Shown: one piece after another, positions 10,490-21,585 of the stretch
How positions within the stretch are numbered: the first letter of the stretch is position 1
How the letters are laid out: every line of letters starts with the position of its first letter
Source of the DNA: Thalassovita sp.
GTDB lineage: Bacteria; Pseudomonadota; Alphaproteobacteria; Rhodobacterales; Rhodobacteraceae
Direction of reading: 5' to 3'
Assembly (NCBI RefSeq): GCF_963691685.1
Contig: NZ_OY829290.1
Span: forward strand, 721,307-785,306
Length of the DNA: 64,000 nucleotides
Position numbers and translations under genes: made by a program
The notes under the pieces: model-generated
Told to the model about the DNA's origin: nothing
The model's input: the letters and a program-made list of their open reading frames with translations, nothing else
The model's database searches: none

Positions 10490-10804
10490 ATGACTTTGGT
10501 AAAAGCCACAATGGCCCTCGCAGTTGCTGGTCTGATGGCCGCCTGTACCACCGGTGGTCATGCCCCGGTGCAGGGGGATAAAACCCGCGACCGCGGCACC
10601 GACAAAAAGCACCTCAGCCAATTGGTGGCCGGCATTTGGGTTGACCCGAACGGCTGTGACCACTGGATTATCGATGATGGTGTGGAAGGCTACGCGGATG
10701 CGCGCCGTGACAAATACGGCAAGCCGGTCTGTTCCAACGTGGCACCGCCGGAAACGGCCACTGGCCCGTTCAAGGATGGCACCCGGATCTTCGACCCGCT
10801 GTAA
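10490..10804 (+). CDS. lipoprotein sharing the N-terminal domain of the upstream OmpA protein
   Basis: Strong SD (gagggagagag); lipobox LMAAC; IWVDPNGCDHWIIDDGVEGY..PVC matches IWIDPDGCEHWVMDDGAEGY..PVC in the OmpA protein. Confidence 0.6.
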   Translation: MTLVKATMALAVAGLMAACTTGGHAPVQGDKTRDRGTDKKHLSQLVAGIWVDPNGCDHWIIDDGVEGYADARRDKYGKPVCSNVAPPETATGPFKDGTRIFDPL

Positions 10805-10980
10805 AGCGCGCGACATTCCGAAAAGAACGCTAAGCCGCCGGTGCACAAACCGGCGGCTTTTCTGTGCCGGAACTGTCACAATTAGACACTACATCTTGCG
10901 GAGAGGGGGCGTGTTTGGCACCATTGGTCCTAGGCCCCCGACTCAAATTTTGGGATTTGACCTCAGCTAAGGAGATCTAT

Positions 10981-12006
<1,026 letters not shown>

Positions 12007-12112
12007 CCCGGTTGCGCCGCCTCCGGCGGGAGTATTTGAGGAACATTGAAAAGGGCGGCGGCCAGCGGGCTGTCGCCTTTTCTTGTGCGGGCAATCAGGA
12101 TATGGCGGGCCT

Positions 12113-12607
12113 ATGACTGTTGATGTGATCTTTGAAGATACACGCTGGGAGGCGGCCGGGCTTGCGCAACTGGCCGAGGTTGCCAGTGACGCGACCCTGC
12201 GCCATCTGGGATATGATCCAGAAGATTGGGAGCTTTGTGTGATGGGCTGTGATGATGCCCGGATTGCCGAGCTGAACGAAGAATTTCGCGATAAGGGCAA
12301 GGCAACCAATGTGCTGTCCTGGCCCTCAGAAGAACGGGGGGCTGCAGAAGATGGCGGCGCGCCGCTGGCCCCGGAAGGTCCCGACCCGGAACTTGGTGAT
12401 ATCGCCATTTCTTTTGAGACGTGCCAGCGTGAGGCCGAGGCCGCCGCGAAGCCGATGAGCGAACATTGCACCCATTTGTTGATCCATGCGACCCTGCATT
12501 TGCTGGGCTATGACCATATTCGTGACAAGGATGCCACGTTAATGGAGGCGATTGAGGTCGAAATACTTGGCAAAATGGGGTTTGCTGACCCATATAATGG
12601 GTCTTAG
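12113..12607 (+). CDS. ybeY: rRNA maturation endoribonuclease YbeY
   Basis: HxxxHxxGYDH zinc motif (HLLIHATLHLLGYDH). Confidence 0.85.
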   Translation: MTVDVIFEDTRWEAAGLAQLAEVASDATLRHLGYDPEDWELCVMGCDDARIAELNEEFRDKGKATNVLSWPSEERGAAEDGGAPLAPEGPDPELGDIAISFETCQREAEAAAKPMSEHCTHLLIHATLHLLGYDHIRDKDATLMEAIEVEILGKMGFADPYNGS

Positions 12608-12658
12608 CGGGGATCACCCCCGTGACAGATGAGTTCTGTTTGAATTTGGAAAGGTAAG

Positions 12659-13549
12659 ATGGGCGACGCACCTGAAGGCTCTTCTACGGCAGCGCACAGC
12701 GCGCAGCCAGAGAGCGACCCCCCGCAACCGGGGCTTTTGAAACGACTGTTCGGAGCCAAAGGCACGGCAGTGGCGCTGGAGGCTGAGGCCTCGGCAAATG
12801 GCCACGCCCACCCGCGCGGTGAACACCAGACATTGATGAACACTTTGGCGCGCTACCGCGTGCGTGAAGTGGCTATTCCCAAAGCGGATATTGTGGCGGT
12901 GCCGGAAAGCATCACCAAAGATGAACTGGTGCAGGTCTTCCGCGATACCGGATTTACTCGACTGCCTGTCTACAGCGGCACCTTGGACACCCCGCTGGGC
13001 ATGATCCACCTAAAGGACTTTGCCCTGCAGCACGGGTTTAACGGCGGCCAGAGCGAAGAGTTTTCGATGGCAGGCATGCTGCGTCCGCTGCTCTATGTGC
13101 CGCCGTCGATGTCGCTGGGGGTTTTGCTGCAGAAAATGCAGACGGAACGCCGGCATATGGCACTGGTGATCGATGAATATGGCGGTGTTGACGGGGTTTT
13201 GACCATCGAAGACCTGATCGAACAGGTTGTCGGTGAGATCGAAGATGAACATGACGCCGAAGAGGATCAGTTGTGGGTCGCTGAAAACCCCGGTCAGTAT
13301 CTGGCGCTGTCTAAAACCCCGCTGGACGAGTTTGAGGAGGAGATCGGCTTCTCCCTCACCGATAGTCCTGAGATCGACGAAGAAGAGATCGACACGCTGG
13401 GCGGTCTGGTCTTTGTTCTCTGTGGTCGGGTGCCGGTGCGTGGCGAAGTGGTGCAACACCCGGATGGTCATGAGATCATGGTGGTGGATGCCGATCCCCG
13501 CCGGATCAAGCGCCTGCGTGTGCGTCTGAAAACGGATGCAGGTGGGTAA
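12659..13549 (+). CDS. corC: HlyC/CorC-family transporter-associated protein (CBS pair plus CorC_HlyC)
   Basis: Two CBS domains and C-terminal CorC/HlyC transporter-associated domain; operon context. Confidence 0.8.
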   Translation: MGDAPEGSSTAAHSAQPESDPPQPGLLKRLFGAKGTAVALEAEASANGHAHPRGEHQTLMNTLARYRVREVAIPKADIVAVPESITKDELVQVFRDTGFTRLPVYSGTLDTPLGMIHLKDFALQHGFNGGQSEEFSMAGMLRPLLYVPPSMSLGVLLQKMQTERRHMALVIDEYGGVDGVLTIEDLIEQVVGEIEDEHDAEEDQLWVAENPGQYLALSKTPLDEFEEEIGFSLTDSPEIDEEEIDTLGGLVFVLCGRVPVRGEVVQHPDGHEIMVVDADPRRIKRLRVRLKTDAGG

Positions 13550-13552
13550 CGG

Positions 13553-15061
13553 GTGCTGGCCGCTGCGCTGACACGATATGGGGCGGCGCAGGGCCTGTAT
13601 GGCTTTGCGCTTTCGGTTCTGGCAGGCGGGATCACCGCGCTGGGGCAGGCGCCGCTGAATTTGTGGCCGCTGGCGTTGCTAGGGCTGGCGCTGGGGCTGT
13701 TGCGTATGCAGGCCGCAGGCGAAGCTAAAGCAGCGTTCTGGCGTGGCTGGGGTTTTGGTCTTGGGTATTTTGCGCTGGCCCTCAGCTGGATCGTTGAGCC
13801 GTTTCTTGTCGATATTGCCCGGCACGGCTGGATGGCGCCCTTTGCCTTGTTCTTTATGGCCGGGGGGCTGGCGCTGTTTTGGGGCGCCGCCGCTGCCGTG
13901 GCGCAGCGCTTGGGGGGAGCCCCGCTTGCCTTGATTGCGACCTTGGCTGCTGCTGAACTGATGCGCTCCTACCTCTTTACGGGGTTTCCGTGGGCGCTGA
14001 TCGGCCATCTGTGGATCCCGACACCCGTTGCGCAATGGGCCAGTCTGATTGGTCCACATGGTCTGACCCTATTGGCGCTGGCCGTTGCAACGGGGCTGGC
14101 GCACTCGGTGCGACATGTGACGGGGGCTATGGCAACGCTGTCAGCAATTGCGCTGTTTTGGCTGGGTGGGGCCTATCTGGCGGGTGAGCCCCAGGACCTA
14201 AAGGGCCGGCCGGTCGTGCGGTTGGTGCAGCCCAATGCGCCACAGCATCAGAAATGGGATCCGGCCCATATCCCGGTGTTCTTCCGCCGTCTGATTGAGG
14301 CAACCCGCGCCGCACCACGCCCGGATCTGGTGATCTGGCCCGAAACATCTGTCCCTGTGTCGCTGGATAGGTCCGAGGAAACGCTGCAGGTGATGGCGCA
14401 GGCGGCGGGCGAGGTGCCGGTTGTCTTTGGCATCCAACGTTGGGAGGGCCGGCAGATTTATAACTCAGCAGTCCTGATGGATGGTCTGGGCCAGGTCACA
14501 AATATCTACGACAAGGCGCATCTGGTGCCCTTTGGGGAATACGTGCCCTTTGGCGATCTGTTGGGCCGCCTGGGCATTCACGGCATGGCCGCGCGTGACG
14601 GGGATGGGTTTTCCGCCGGTCCGGGGGCGCAGTTGATGCCGTTGGGGCCCCTGGGGCGTGCCCTGCCGCTGATCTGTTATGAGGCAGTGTTCCCAAATGA
14701 TGTGAACGCGGCAGCAGAGCGCCCGGACCTTTTGATGCAGCTGACCAATGACGCCTGGTTTGGCCAGATCTCGGGTCCTTACCAACATTTGGCGCAGGCC
14801 CGCCTGCGCGCGATTGAGCAGGGGCTGCCGATGGTGCGCGCGGCAAATACCGGGGTTTCAGCGGTTATTGATGGCAAGGGCCGCGTGATTGCGCAGTTGG
14901 GGCTGGGGGAAACCGGTCATCTGGACCATGCTCTGCCGCCAGCATTGCCCGGCACACTTTATACCCGAACCGGTGATTATCTTGCCTTGGTTGCTATCAT
15001 GGGGCTGTTTCTTGCCGTTATCACACTCAGGCGCTTCCCAAAGCGGCGTTTTGCAGATTGA
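13553..15061 (+). CDS. lnt: apolipoprotein N-acyltransferase Lnt
   Basis: N-terminal polytopic membrane domain plus C-terminal nitrilase/CN-hydrolase domain (WPE..., LICYE, NDAWFG). Confidence 0.85.
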   Translation: MLAAALTRYGAAQGLYGFALSVLAGGITALGQAPLNLWPLALLGLALGLLRMQAAGEAKAAFWRGWGFGLGYFALALSWIVEPFLVDIARHGWMAPFALFFMAGGLALFWGAAAAVAQRLGGAPLALIATLAAAELMRSYLFTGFPWALIGHLWIPTPVAQWASLIGPHGLTLLALAVATGLAHSVRHVTGAMATLSAIALFWLGGAYLAGEPQDLKGRPVVRLVQPNAPQHQKWDPAHIPVFFRRLIEATRAAPRPDLVIWPETSVPVSLDRSEETLQVMAQAAGEVPVVFGIQRWEGRQIYNSAVLMDGLGQVTNIYDKAHLVPFGEYVPFGDLLGRLGIHGMAARDGDGFSAGPGAQLMPLGPLGRALPLICYEAVFPNDVNAAAERPDLLMQLTNDAWFGQISGPYQHLAQARLRAIEQGLPMVRAANTGVSAVIDGKGRVIAQLGLGETGHLDHALPPALPGTLYTRTGDYLALVAIMGLFLAVITLRRFPKRRFAD

Positions 15062-15091
15062 CCCGGGTGAACCCGAAGCGTAACCAGTACA

Positions 15092-15149
15092 CATCCCCCT
15101 GCCACAACGGCTTCCTGACGTGGCGGGCAGACCCTAATGGAGCATTTTC
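15092..15149 (+). ncRNA. SAM-SAH-type riboswitch in metK leader
   Basis: Leader contains CUGCCACAACGGCUUCCUGACGUGGCGGGCAG immediately upstream of the metK SD/ATG. This matches my recollection of the Rhodobacterales-specific SAM/SAH motif core (CAACGGCUUCCUGRCGUGGC). Confidence 0.55.
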
Positions 15150-16358
15150 ATGACAAGATCGAACTATATTTTCACCTCTGAATCGGTTTCGGAGGGGCAT
15201 CCTGACAAAGTATGTGACCGTATCTCGGACGCAGTTCTGGACGCCTTCCTGGCAGAGGAGCCCGAGGCGCGCGTTGCGGCTGAGACTTTTGCCACCACAA
15301 ACCGTGTTGTGATCGGTGGTGAAGTTGGTCTGTCCGACCAGGGCAAACTGACAGAATTTATGGGCAAGGTTGACCAAATCGCCCGTGATTGCATCAAAGA
15401 CATTGGCTATGAGCAGGACAAGTTCCACCACGAAACCGTGGAAGTGACCAACTTGCTGCACGAACAATCCGCCCATATTGCACAGGGCGTTGATGCCGCT
15501 GCCGACAAAGATGAAGGCGCGGGCGATCAGGGCATCATGTTTGGCTATGCTACAACAGAAACCCCTGAGCTGATGCCGGCCCCGATCCAATACAGCCACG
15601 CGATCCTGCGTCGTCTGGCCGAGGAGCGTAAATCCGGTGCTGAGCCGACGCTGCGCCCGGATGCCAAATCGCAAATCTCGGTCAAATACGAAAACGGCAA
15701 GCCCGTTGGCGTGACCTCGATCGTTCTGTCCACCCAGCACGCCGATGAAAGCCAGACCAGCGAAGACATCCGCGCGATTGTTGAGCCCTACATCCGCCAG
15801 ACCCTGCCCGAGGGCTGGATCCAGCCGGACACCGCATGGCACGTGAACCCGACCGGCACCTTTGTGATTGGTGGCCCCGATGGTGACGCTGGCCTGACTG
15901 GCCGTAAGATCATCGTGGACACCTACGGTGGCGCTGCGCCGCATGGTGGCGGTGCCTTCTCAGGCAAAGACCCGACCAAGGTGGACCGCTCGGCAGCCTA
16001 TGCGGCGCGCTATCTGGCCAAAAACGTTGTGGCGGCCGGCCTGGCTGAACGCTGCACCATCCAGCTGAGCTACGCCATCGGTGTATCGCACCCGCTGTCG
16101 ATCTACGCAGATCTGCACGGCACGGGTGAGGTGGATCCTGCTGAGATTGAGGCGGCGATCCCGAAGGTTATGGATCTGACCCCCCGCGGCATCCGCACCC
16201 ATCTGGGCCTGAACCGCCCGATCTATGCGCGCACCGCTGCTTATGGCCACTTTGGCCGCACACCGGAGGCCGACGGCGGCTTCTCCTGGGAGAATGTGGA
16301 TCTGGTCGAGCAGCTGAAAAAAGAGGTTGGCAAAACCGCCTTCGCGCCGGTTGGCTGA
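15150..16358 (+). CDS. metK: S-adenosylmethionine synthetase MetK
   Basis: [14 protein letters not shown]-terminus; GGGAFSGKD; full-length 402 aa. Confidence 0.9.
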   Translation: MTRSNYIFTSESVSEGHPDKVCDRISDAVLDAFLAEEPEARVAAETFATTNRVVIGGEVGLSDQGKLTEFMGKVDQIARDCIKDIGYEQDKFHHETVEVTNLLHEQSAHIAQGVDAAADKDEGAGDQGIMFGYATTETPELMPAPIQYSHAILRRLAEERKSGAEPTLRPDAKSQISVKYENGKPVGVTSIVLSTQHADESQTSEDIRAIVEPYIRQTLPEGWIQPDTAWHVNPTGTFVIGGPDGDAGLTGRKIIVDTYGGAAPHGGGAFSGKDPTKVDRSAAYAARYLAKNVVAAGLAERCTIQLSYAIGVSHPLSIYADLHGTGEVDPAEIEAAIPKVMDLTPRGIRTHLGLNRPIYARTAAYGHFGRTPEADGGFSWENVDLVEQLKKEVGKTAFAPVG

Positions 16359-16384
16359 TCCGTTCTTCGACATATGACACATTA

Positions 16385-16409
16385 AAAGGGGGCTTCGGCC
16401 CCCTTTTTC
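16385..16409 (+). terminator. rho-independent terminator after metK
   Basis: aaagggggc-ttcg-gccccctttttc. Confidence 0.65.
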
Positions 16410-16515
16410 TTTGCCCGGGCCTCAGAAATCACAGCCTCAGGGAAACTTTGCTTGGCATCACCTGTCCCAGCTTTCTAAGGTGTTTCCCAACAAGTATTTA
16501 TCGGAGTTTTATGAC

Positions 16516-17139
16516 ATGCGTGGTATTGGCGTCGCAGCGTTTTCCCTGCTGTTGGCAGGGCCAGTTCTGGCCGACAAGCTGACGGTTGAAGGCGATCAAT
16601 TGATTTACGACACCGATAAAGGTGGGTTGGCCTCAGGCAAGGAGATTGTGGCGACCGATCTGCCGGTGATGCGGCGTATGCTGAAAGAGAACGAAGGCAT
16701 CACCACGTTGCGCCTGAACTCCCCCGGCGGGATTGTCTGGGTGGGCGAAGAAATGGCGCGTATCGTCGAGGATTACGAGTTGGACACCGTGGCTGACGGC
16801 GAATGCAGCAGCACCTGTGTGCTGCTGTTCCTGGCAGGCCAGTCACGGCAGATGACACGTGGATCCAAGATCGGGTTCCATCAGACCAATTGGTCCGCCG
16901 GCTCGATTGAGGGTTATTACAACGACCGTCGTGAAGACAGCGGCTGGCAGACGCCTTTTGATTTTGCCTCATGGATGTATCAGGACACCCAAACCGAGGT
17001 TTATACCAACCTGACCACCTTGCTGAAACGTGGTGTTGATCCGGCCTTCGCGATCGAGACCATCGGGTCAAGCGATGCGGTTTGGTTCCCCTCTCGCAAG
17101 GAATTGGTCGCGGCCGGGGTGCTGCGCGACGCGCCTTAA
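16516..17139 (+). CDS. periplasmic ClpP/crotonase-fold protein (SPGG motif), hypothetical
   Basis: Signal peptide; LNSPGGIV reminiscent of the ClpP/SppA INSPGG motif. Confidence 0.5.
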   Translation: MRGIGVAAFSLLLAGPVLADKLTVEGDQLIYDTDKGGLASGKEIVATDLPVMRRMLKENEGITTLRLNSPGGIVWVGEEMARIVEDYELDTVADGECSSTCVLLFLAGQSRQMTRGSKIGFHQTNWSAGSIEGYYNDRREDSGWQTPFDFASWMYQDTQTEVYTNLTTLLKRGVDPAFAIETIGSSDAVWFPSRKELVAAGVLRDAP

Positions 17140-17220
17140 CCTTCACGCCTGACCTAACGGCAGGCTTTGGCCTCCGGAGGCTTCATGTAAACCTGCCGCT
17201 GCGAATAGGGAGGATTTGCA

Positions 17221-18081
17221 ATGTTGCTTGAGGTGGGGCTGCCGCTGTCGCTGGCGTTCATCATGTTTTCGCTGGGCTTCGGCCTGACCTTTGCAGATTT
17301 CGGCCGGGTTTTGACCATGCCGCGGGCGGTGCTGACCGGGGTGGTGCTGCAGGTCGCGGCCATTCCCGCGGTTGCCTATCTGTTGTTGCAGGTCATGTCA
17401 TTGCCGCCCGCCCTGGCCTTTGGGGTGATGATCCTGTCGTTCTGCCCGGGCGGCGTGACCTCAAACATCCTGACCAAACTGGGCGGCGGTTCCGTTGCGC
17501 TGTCGATCACCCTGACGGCCGTGGTGAGCCTGTTGTCCGTTTTGACCGTGCCTTTCCTTGTGGGCTGGGCTGGGAAGACCTTTCTGAAAGAAACCGCGCC
17601 TGAGATCGATGTGATGTCGATCGGGCTGGCGATGTTTGCCATCACTGCGGTGCCGGTTCTGCTGGGCCTGTTGGGGCGGCGGTTTTCCGGCGCCAAGGCA
17701 GATGCAGCCGAGCGGATGATTTCACGCGCGGCGATGGTTCTGTTTGTGCTGATCGTGGCTGCCGCGATTGCAACCAACTGGGCGCTGATCGTTGAAAACA
17801 TCACGGTTCTGGGGCCGGTCCTGATCGCGCTGAATGTGGTCTTGCTGATCCTTGGCGTGGCTGTGGCACGGCTACTGGGGCTGAGCGGTGCTGAGGGGAT
17901 CTGTATCTCGGTTGAGATGGGGGTGCAGAACGCCACGCTGGGCATCACGGTTGCAGGATTGGTGGCGCAGGTGGCGGGCATTCCCGAATACGCGCTGCCG
18001 TCTGCACTTTATGGGATCACCATGTATCTGGTGACCATTCCCGGGTTGTTTGTGCTGCGGGCGCTGTTTTCTAAAGGCTAA
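17221..18081 (+). CDS. bile acid:sodium symporter (BASS) family transporter
   Basis: 286-aa polytopic membrane protein with BASS-like repeat organisation. Confidence 0.7.
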   Translation: MLLEVGLPLSLAFIMFSLGFGLTFADFGRVLTMPRAVLTGVVLQVAAIPAVAYLLLQVMSLPPALAFGVMILSFCPGGVTSNILTKLGGGSVALSITLTAVVSLLSVLTVPFLVGWAGKTFLKETAPEIDVMSIGLAMFAITAVPVLLGLLGRRFSGAKADAAERMISRAAMVLFVLIVAAAIATNWALIVENITVLGPVLIALNVVLLILGVAVARLLGLSGAEGICISVEMGVQNATLGITVAGLVAQVAGIPEYALPSALYGITMYLVTIPGLFVLRALFSKG

Positions 18082-18193
18082 GCCTGCGCCTGGGCACGAT
18101 CAGAAGGCGCAATCGGGCAGGGGGACTTGACCCCTGCCGCGCTCTGCGGCAAAGGCTCGGGCCAATCAACCGCGCAAGAGACCGTTCGAGATC

Positions 18194-18916
18194 ATGGCAG
18201 ACCAACCCAGCGACAAGCACCCTTCGGGCGCCCCATGGCGCAACTTCTACGGCCGCTTCAAAGGCAAAGGCCTGCGCGACAGCCAGCAGAAGTATCTGGA
18301 TGAGGATCTGGCCGCCCTGTCGCCCGGCGCGGTGACCTGGGAAGAAAATCCCGACCGAAGCGAATTGGATCTGGGCGAAATGTTCCCGGGCAAAGACGTC
18401 TGGCTGGAGGTCGGCTTTGGCGGCGGCGAACATATGGTGCATCAGGCCGCCAGCAACCGCGACGTTGGGATCATTGGCTGTGAGCCTTACATCAACGGCG
18501 TGGCGATGTTGCTGGGCAAGATCCGCGATGCCGCGGTCGATAACGTCAAAGTGCACCCCGGTGATGCGCGGGACATGATGGATGTGCTGCCGGCGCAATC
18601 GATCAGCAAGGCCTTCCTGCTATATCCTGACCCCTGGCCAAAGAAACGCCACCACCGCCGCCGTTTTGTGACACAGGAACATCTGCAGCCGCTGGCCGAA
18701 GTGCTGAAACCCGGGGCGATCTTCCGTGTGGCGACCGACATTCCCGACTACGTGCGCCAAACCCTGCAAGAGGTGCCGAAGGCGGGTTTTGAATGGCTGG
18801 CCGAAGGTCCAACCGACTGGCGCCAGCCCTGGGATGATTGGATTTCCACCCGTTATGAGCAGAAAGCCCTGCGCGAAGGCCGCACGCCGCATTATCTGAC
18901 GTTCCGCCGCCTGTAA
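18194..18916 (+). CDS. trmB: tRNA (guanine46-N7)-methyltransferase TrmB
   Basis: LEVGFGGGEH SAM motif; LYPDPWPKKRHHRRRF signature. Confidence 0.85.
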   Translation: MADQPSDKHPSGAPWRNFYGRFKGKGLRDSQQKYLDEDLAALSPGAVTWEENPDRSELDLGEMFPGKDVWLEVGFGGGEHMVHQAASNRDVGIIGCEPYINGVAMLLGKIRDAAVDNVKVHPGDARDMMDVLPAQSISKAFLLYPDPWPKKRHHRRRFVTQEHLQPLAEVLKPGAIFRVATDIPDYVRQTLQEVPKAGFEWLAEGPTDWRQPWDDWISTRYEQKALREGRTPHYLTFRRL

Positions 18917-19048
18917 GCGTTGGGATTTTTGAGTATTTTGGAAACAGTGAAAGCCAGGGGCGGCGCTTCTGCCTTTTGTCGTTTCGGCTGATATGGACGG
19001 CCCTTAGGGTTTGCGCTATCAGGCTTTGGAAGCATGAGGAGAGCACAT

Positions 19049-20395
19049 ATGTCCGGCCACGGCACCCCGATCCCGATGTCATCGCATAAAAGCGGCCCGC
19101 TGCAGGGTGAGGCCCATGTGCCCGGCGACAAATCCATCAGCCACCGTTCGCTGATTTTTGGCGCAATGGCGGTGGGTGAGACGGTCATCACCGGTCTGCT
19201 GGAAGGCGAAGATGTGCTGGACACTGCCAAGGCGATGCAGGCCTTCGGCGCTGAGGTAACTCGTGATGAGACTGGCACCTGGCATGTGCATGGGGTGGGT
19301 GTTGGCGGCTTTGCTGAGCCAGACAATGTTATCGACTGCGGCAACTCGGGTACCGGCGTGCGTCTGATCATGGGCGCGATGGCAAGCTCGAACATCACGG
19401 CGACCTTTACCGGTGATGCCTCGCTAAACTCTCGTCCGATGGCGCGGGTGACCGATCCGATTGCGCTGTTTGGCGCCACCTCGGTTGGCCGGTCGGGTGG
19501 ACGCCTGCCGATGACCATTGTTGGCGCGGCGGATCCGGTGCCGGTGCGCTACACAACGCCGGTGCCTTCGGCGCAGGTGAAATCAGCTGTTTTGCTGGCA
19601 GGGTTGAACGCACCGGGCGAAACCGTTGTGATCGAGAAGGAAGCTACCCGCGACCATACCGAACGGATGCTGGCCGGTTTTGGCGCCGATATCACCTCGG
19701 TTGATACTGATGAGGGCCGGGTGATCACCCTGAAAGGCCGTCCTGAGTTGAAACCGCAAACCATTGTGGTGCCGCGTGATCCGTCCTCGGCCGCGTTTCC
19801 GGTCTGTGCGGCGCTGATCGTTGAAGGCTCTGATGTGCTGGTGCCGAACATCGGGCTGAACCCCACCCGCGCTGGTCTGTTTGAGACTCTGCGCGATATG
19901 GGGGCGGATCTGACCTATGAGAACCTGCGAGAAGAAGGGGGTGAACCTGTTGCCGATCTGCGCGCCAAGTTTTCCCCCAACCTGAAGGGCATCGAGGTGC
20001 CCCCCGCCCGTGCGGCCAGCATGATTGACGAATATCCGGTGCTGTCGGTTGTGGCCTCCTTCGCTGAAGGCGACACGGTGATGCGCGGTGTGAAAGAGCT
20101 GCGGGTGAAGGAATCCGACCGGATTGAGGCGATGGCCTCGGGCCTGCGTCTGAACGGTGTTGAGGTTGAAGACGGCGACGATTGGTGGATCGTCAAAGGC
20201 CGTGGTCACGGCAATGTGCCGGGCGGGGCGACCTGTGTCAGCCATCTGGACCACCGGATCGCGATGAGCTTCATGGTGATGGGCATGGCCACTGAGGCGC
20301 CTGTCAGCGTCGATGATGGCAGCCCGATCGCCACCTCCTTCCCAATCTTTGAAGGGCTGATGGGTGGCCTTGGCGCGGATCTGCGGCGCGATTGA
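19049..20395 (+). CDS. aroA: 3-phosphoshikimate 1-carboxyvinyltransferase (EPSP synthase) AroA
   Basis: Start at second ATG (SD ggagag); [10 protein letters not shown]; NSGT; full-length class II-like AroA. Confidence 0.9.
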   Translation: MSGHGTPIPMSSHKSGPLQGEAHVPGDKSISHRSLIFGAMAVGETVITGLLEGEDVLDTAKAMQAFGAEVTRDETGTWHVHGVGVGGFAEPDNVIDCGNSGTGVRLIMGAMASSNITATFTGDASLNSRPMARVTDPIALFGATSVGRSGGRLPMTIVGAADPVPVRYTTPVPSAQVKSAVLLAGLNAPGETVVIEKEATRDHTERMLAGFGADITSVDTDEGRVITLKGRPELKPQTIVVPRDPSSAAFPVCAALIVEGSDVLVPNIGLNPTRAGLFETLRDMGADLTYENLREEGGEPVADLRAKFSPNLKGIEVPPARAASMIDEYPVLSVVASFAEGDTVMRGVKELRVKESDRIEAMASGLRLNGVEVEDGDDWWIVKGRGHGNVPGGATCVSHLDHRIAMSFMVMGMATEAPVSVDDGSPIATSFPIFEGLMGGLGADLRRD

Positions 20396-20416
20396 CCTGT
20401 GACCGGATGGGGTGGC

Positions 20417-21037
20417 TCAGGCCACCTCTGCCCCTTTGGCTTGCAGGTCGGTGTAAACCTCTTCCAGCTTTTTCGGTTCGGTGGAGGCAATGCCATCCGC
20501 CAGTAGTGTGACGCCATAGCCCCGGCCCAACGCGGCCTGTGCGGTTTTGTTGACGCAGTAGATGCCATCAAGGCCCGCAATGGTCAGATGACCAACGCCC
20601 ATTTCATTCAGAACATGGGTCAATTCCCCGGTTTTGAACCCATCTTGGATGGGTTTCACCACCTCCCGGTCCGCCATGCCTGCAAACGGTGCGGCCAGCT
20701 CCAGGCCTGTGCCGCCGGCCAGTGCTTTACCACCCATGAACATTCGCGCCAGCACGCGGGTGCTGGGGATGGACCATTCCTGACGCAGTGCAATCACTGG
20801 ATGACCTGCGGCTTTGGCTTCGGCCACAGCTTGACCCACTGCGGCTTCAACGCGGGCGCGGGTGTCGGCGTGATAGAGTTTCTCTTCCCAGAAGCAGCTT
20901 TGTAGATCGACCAGCAGCAGGGCCCTGCCATCACGCGCGGGGATAGGTTCGCCTTTGGTGACTTGGCCGATCACGTTTGAGACGTAGTTCAGCCAGAAAC
21001 AGCCAATAGCGACGAGAGCGGGGAGGATCCAGATCAT
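20417..21037 (-). CDS. isochorismatase-family cysteine hydrolase with N-terminal TM anchor
   Basis: LLLVDLQSCF (Asp), catalytic Cys in GIYCVNKTAQAALGRGYGVTLLADG. Confidence 0.7.
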   Translation of the reverse strand: MIWILPALVAIGCFWLNYVSNVIGQVTKGEPIPARDGRALLLVDLQSCFWEEKLYHADTRARVEAAVGQAVAEAKAAGHPVIALRQEWSIPSTRVLARMFMGGKALAGGTGLELAAPFAGMADREVVKPIQDGFKTGELTHVLNEMGVGHLTIAGLDGIYCVNKTAQAALGRGYGVTLLADGIASTEPKKLEEVYTDLQAKGAEVA

Positions 21038-21477
21038 AGTGTGAGGCCTTGGTTATGGGATTGGAAACGGGTGATGAGGGTTTTGACAATGCGCAATGCC
21101 GTGGCCACCTCATCGGCGGGCAGGTCGCCGGCAAGCTCTGCCAGCAATGCATGTTCCTGCGCCATGACGTTTTCAATCAGCTCGCTGCCGTCGGGGGTCA
21201 GGGCAATCAGGTGGGATCGCGCGTGCCTTGGGTTGGCTTGTTTGCAGACAAACCCTGCCGCCAAAGCCTCATTCACCATAACCTGCACATATTGTCGTTG
21301 AATATGCAGCGCCTCTGCCAAGGTGGGCACGGTCAACGGGCCCTGCAACAGAACCTCCATCACGGCGCGGGTGCGCACAGTCAGGCCGGTGCCTTGCAGC
21401 CCATGCTCAACCGTGGTTTCGACCTGTTGCATCAGAGGGCGGGAAAGCCAGGTCAGATGATAGAGCGGATCTGTCAT
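21034..21477 (-). CDS. MarR-family transcriptional regulator
   Basis: 147 aa; winged-helix MarR signature; overlaps downstream isochorismatase gene by 4 bp (operon). Confidence 0.8.
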   Translation of the reverse strand: MTDPLYHLTWLSRPLMQQVETTVEHGLQGTGLTVRTRAVMEVLLQGPLTVPTLAEALHIQRQYVQVMVNEALAAGFVCKQANPRHARSHLIALTPDGSELIENVMAQEHALLAELAGDLPADEVATALRIVKTLITRFQSHNQGLTL

Positions 21478-21585
21478 GACATCTATGGTGTCATAATGAC
21501 ATGTTGCATGTCAATTGGGTCTGGATTTCATCTTGAGGTGGGGCAGGGGGTGCAGTACCCCTGCGATCAGGAAGAGGAGCAGACA

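Noticed and set aside
10864-10980. N-terminal 39-codon extension of the phoH ORF in the track
   Set aside because: A TTG at 10981 is preceded by a perfect AAGGAG at -6 and gives a canonical ~341-aa PhoH. The upstream extension has no SD and overlaps the lipoprotein terminator region.
15027-15944. 305-aa minus-strand ORF
   Set aside because: Antisense to metK.
21049-21585. N-terminal 179-codon extension of the cmk ORF
   Set aside because: It overlaps the MarR gene in antisense. Cmk begins with the P-loop, [17 protein letters not shown], at 21586.
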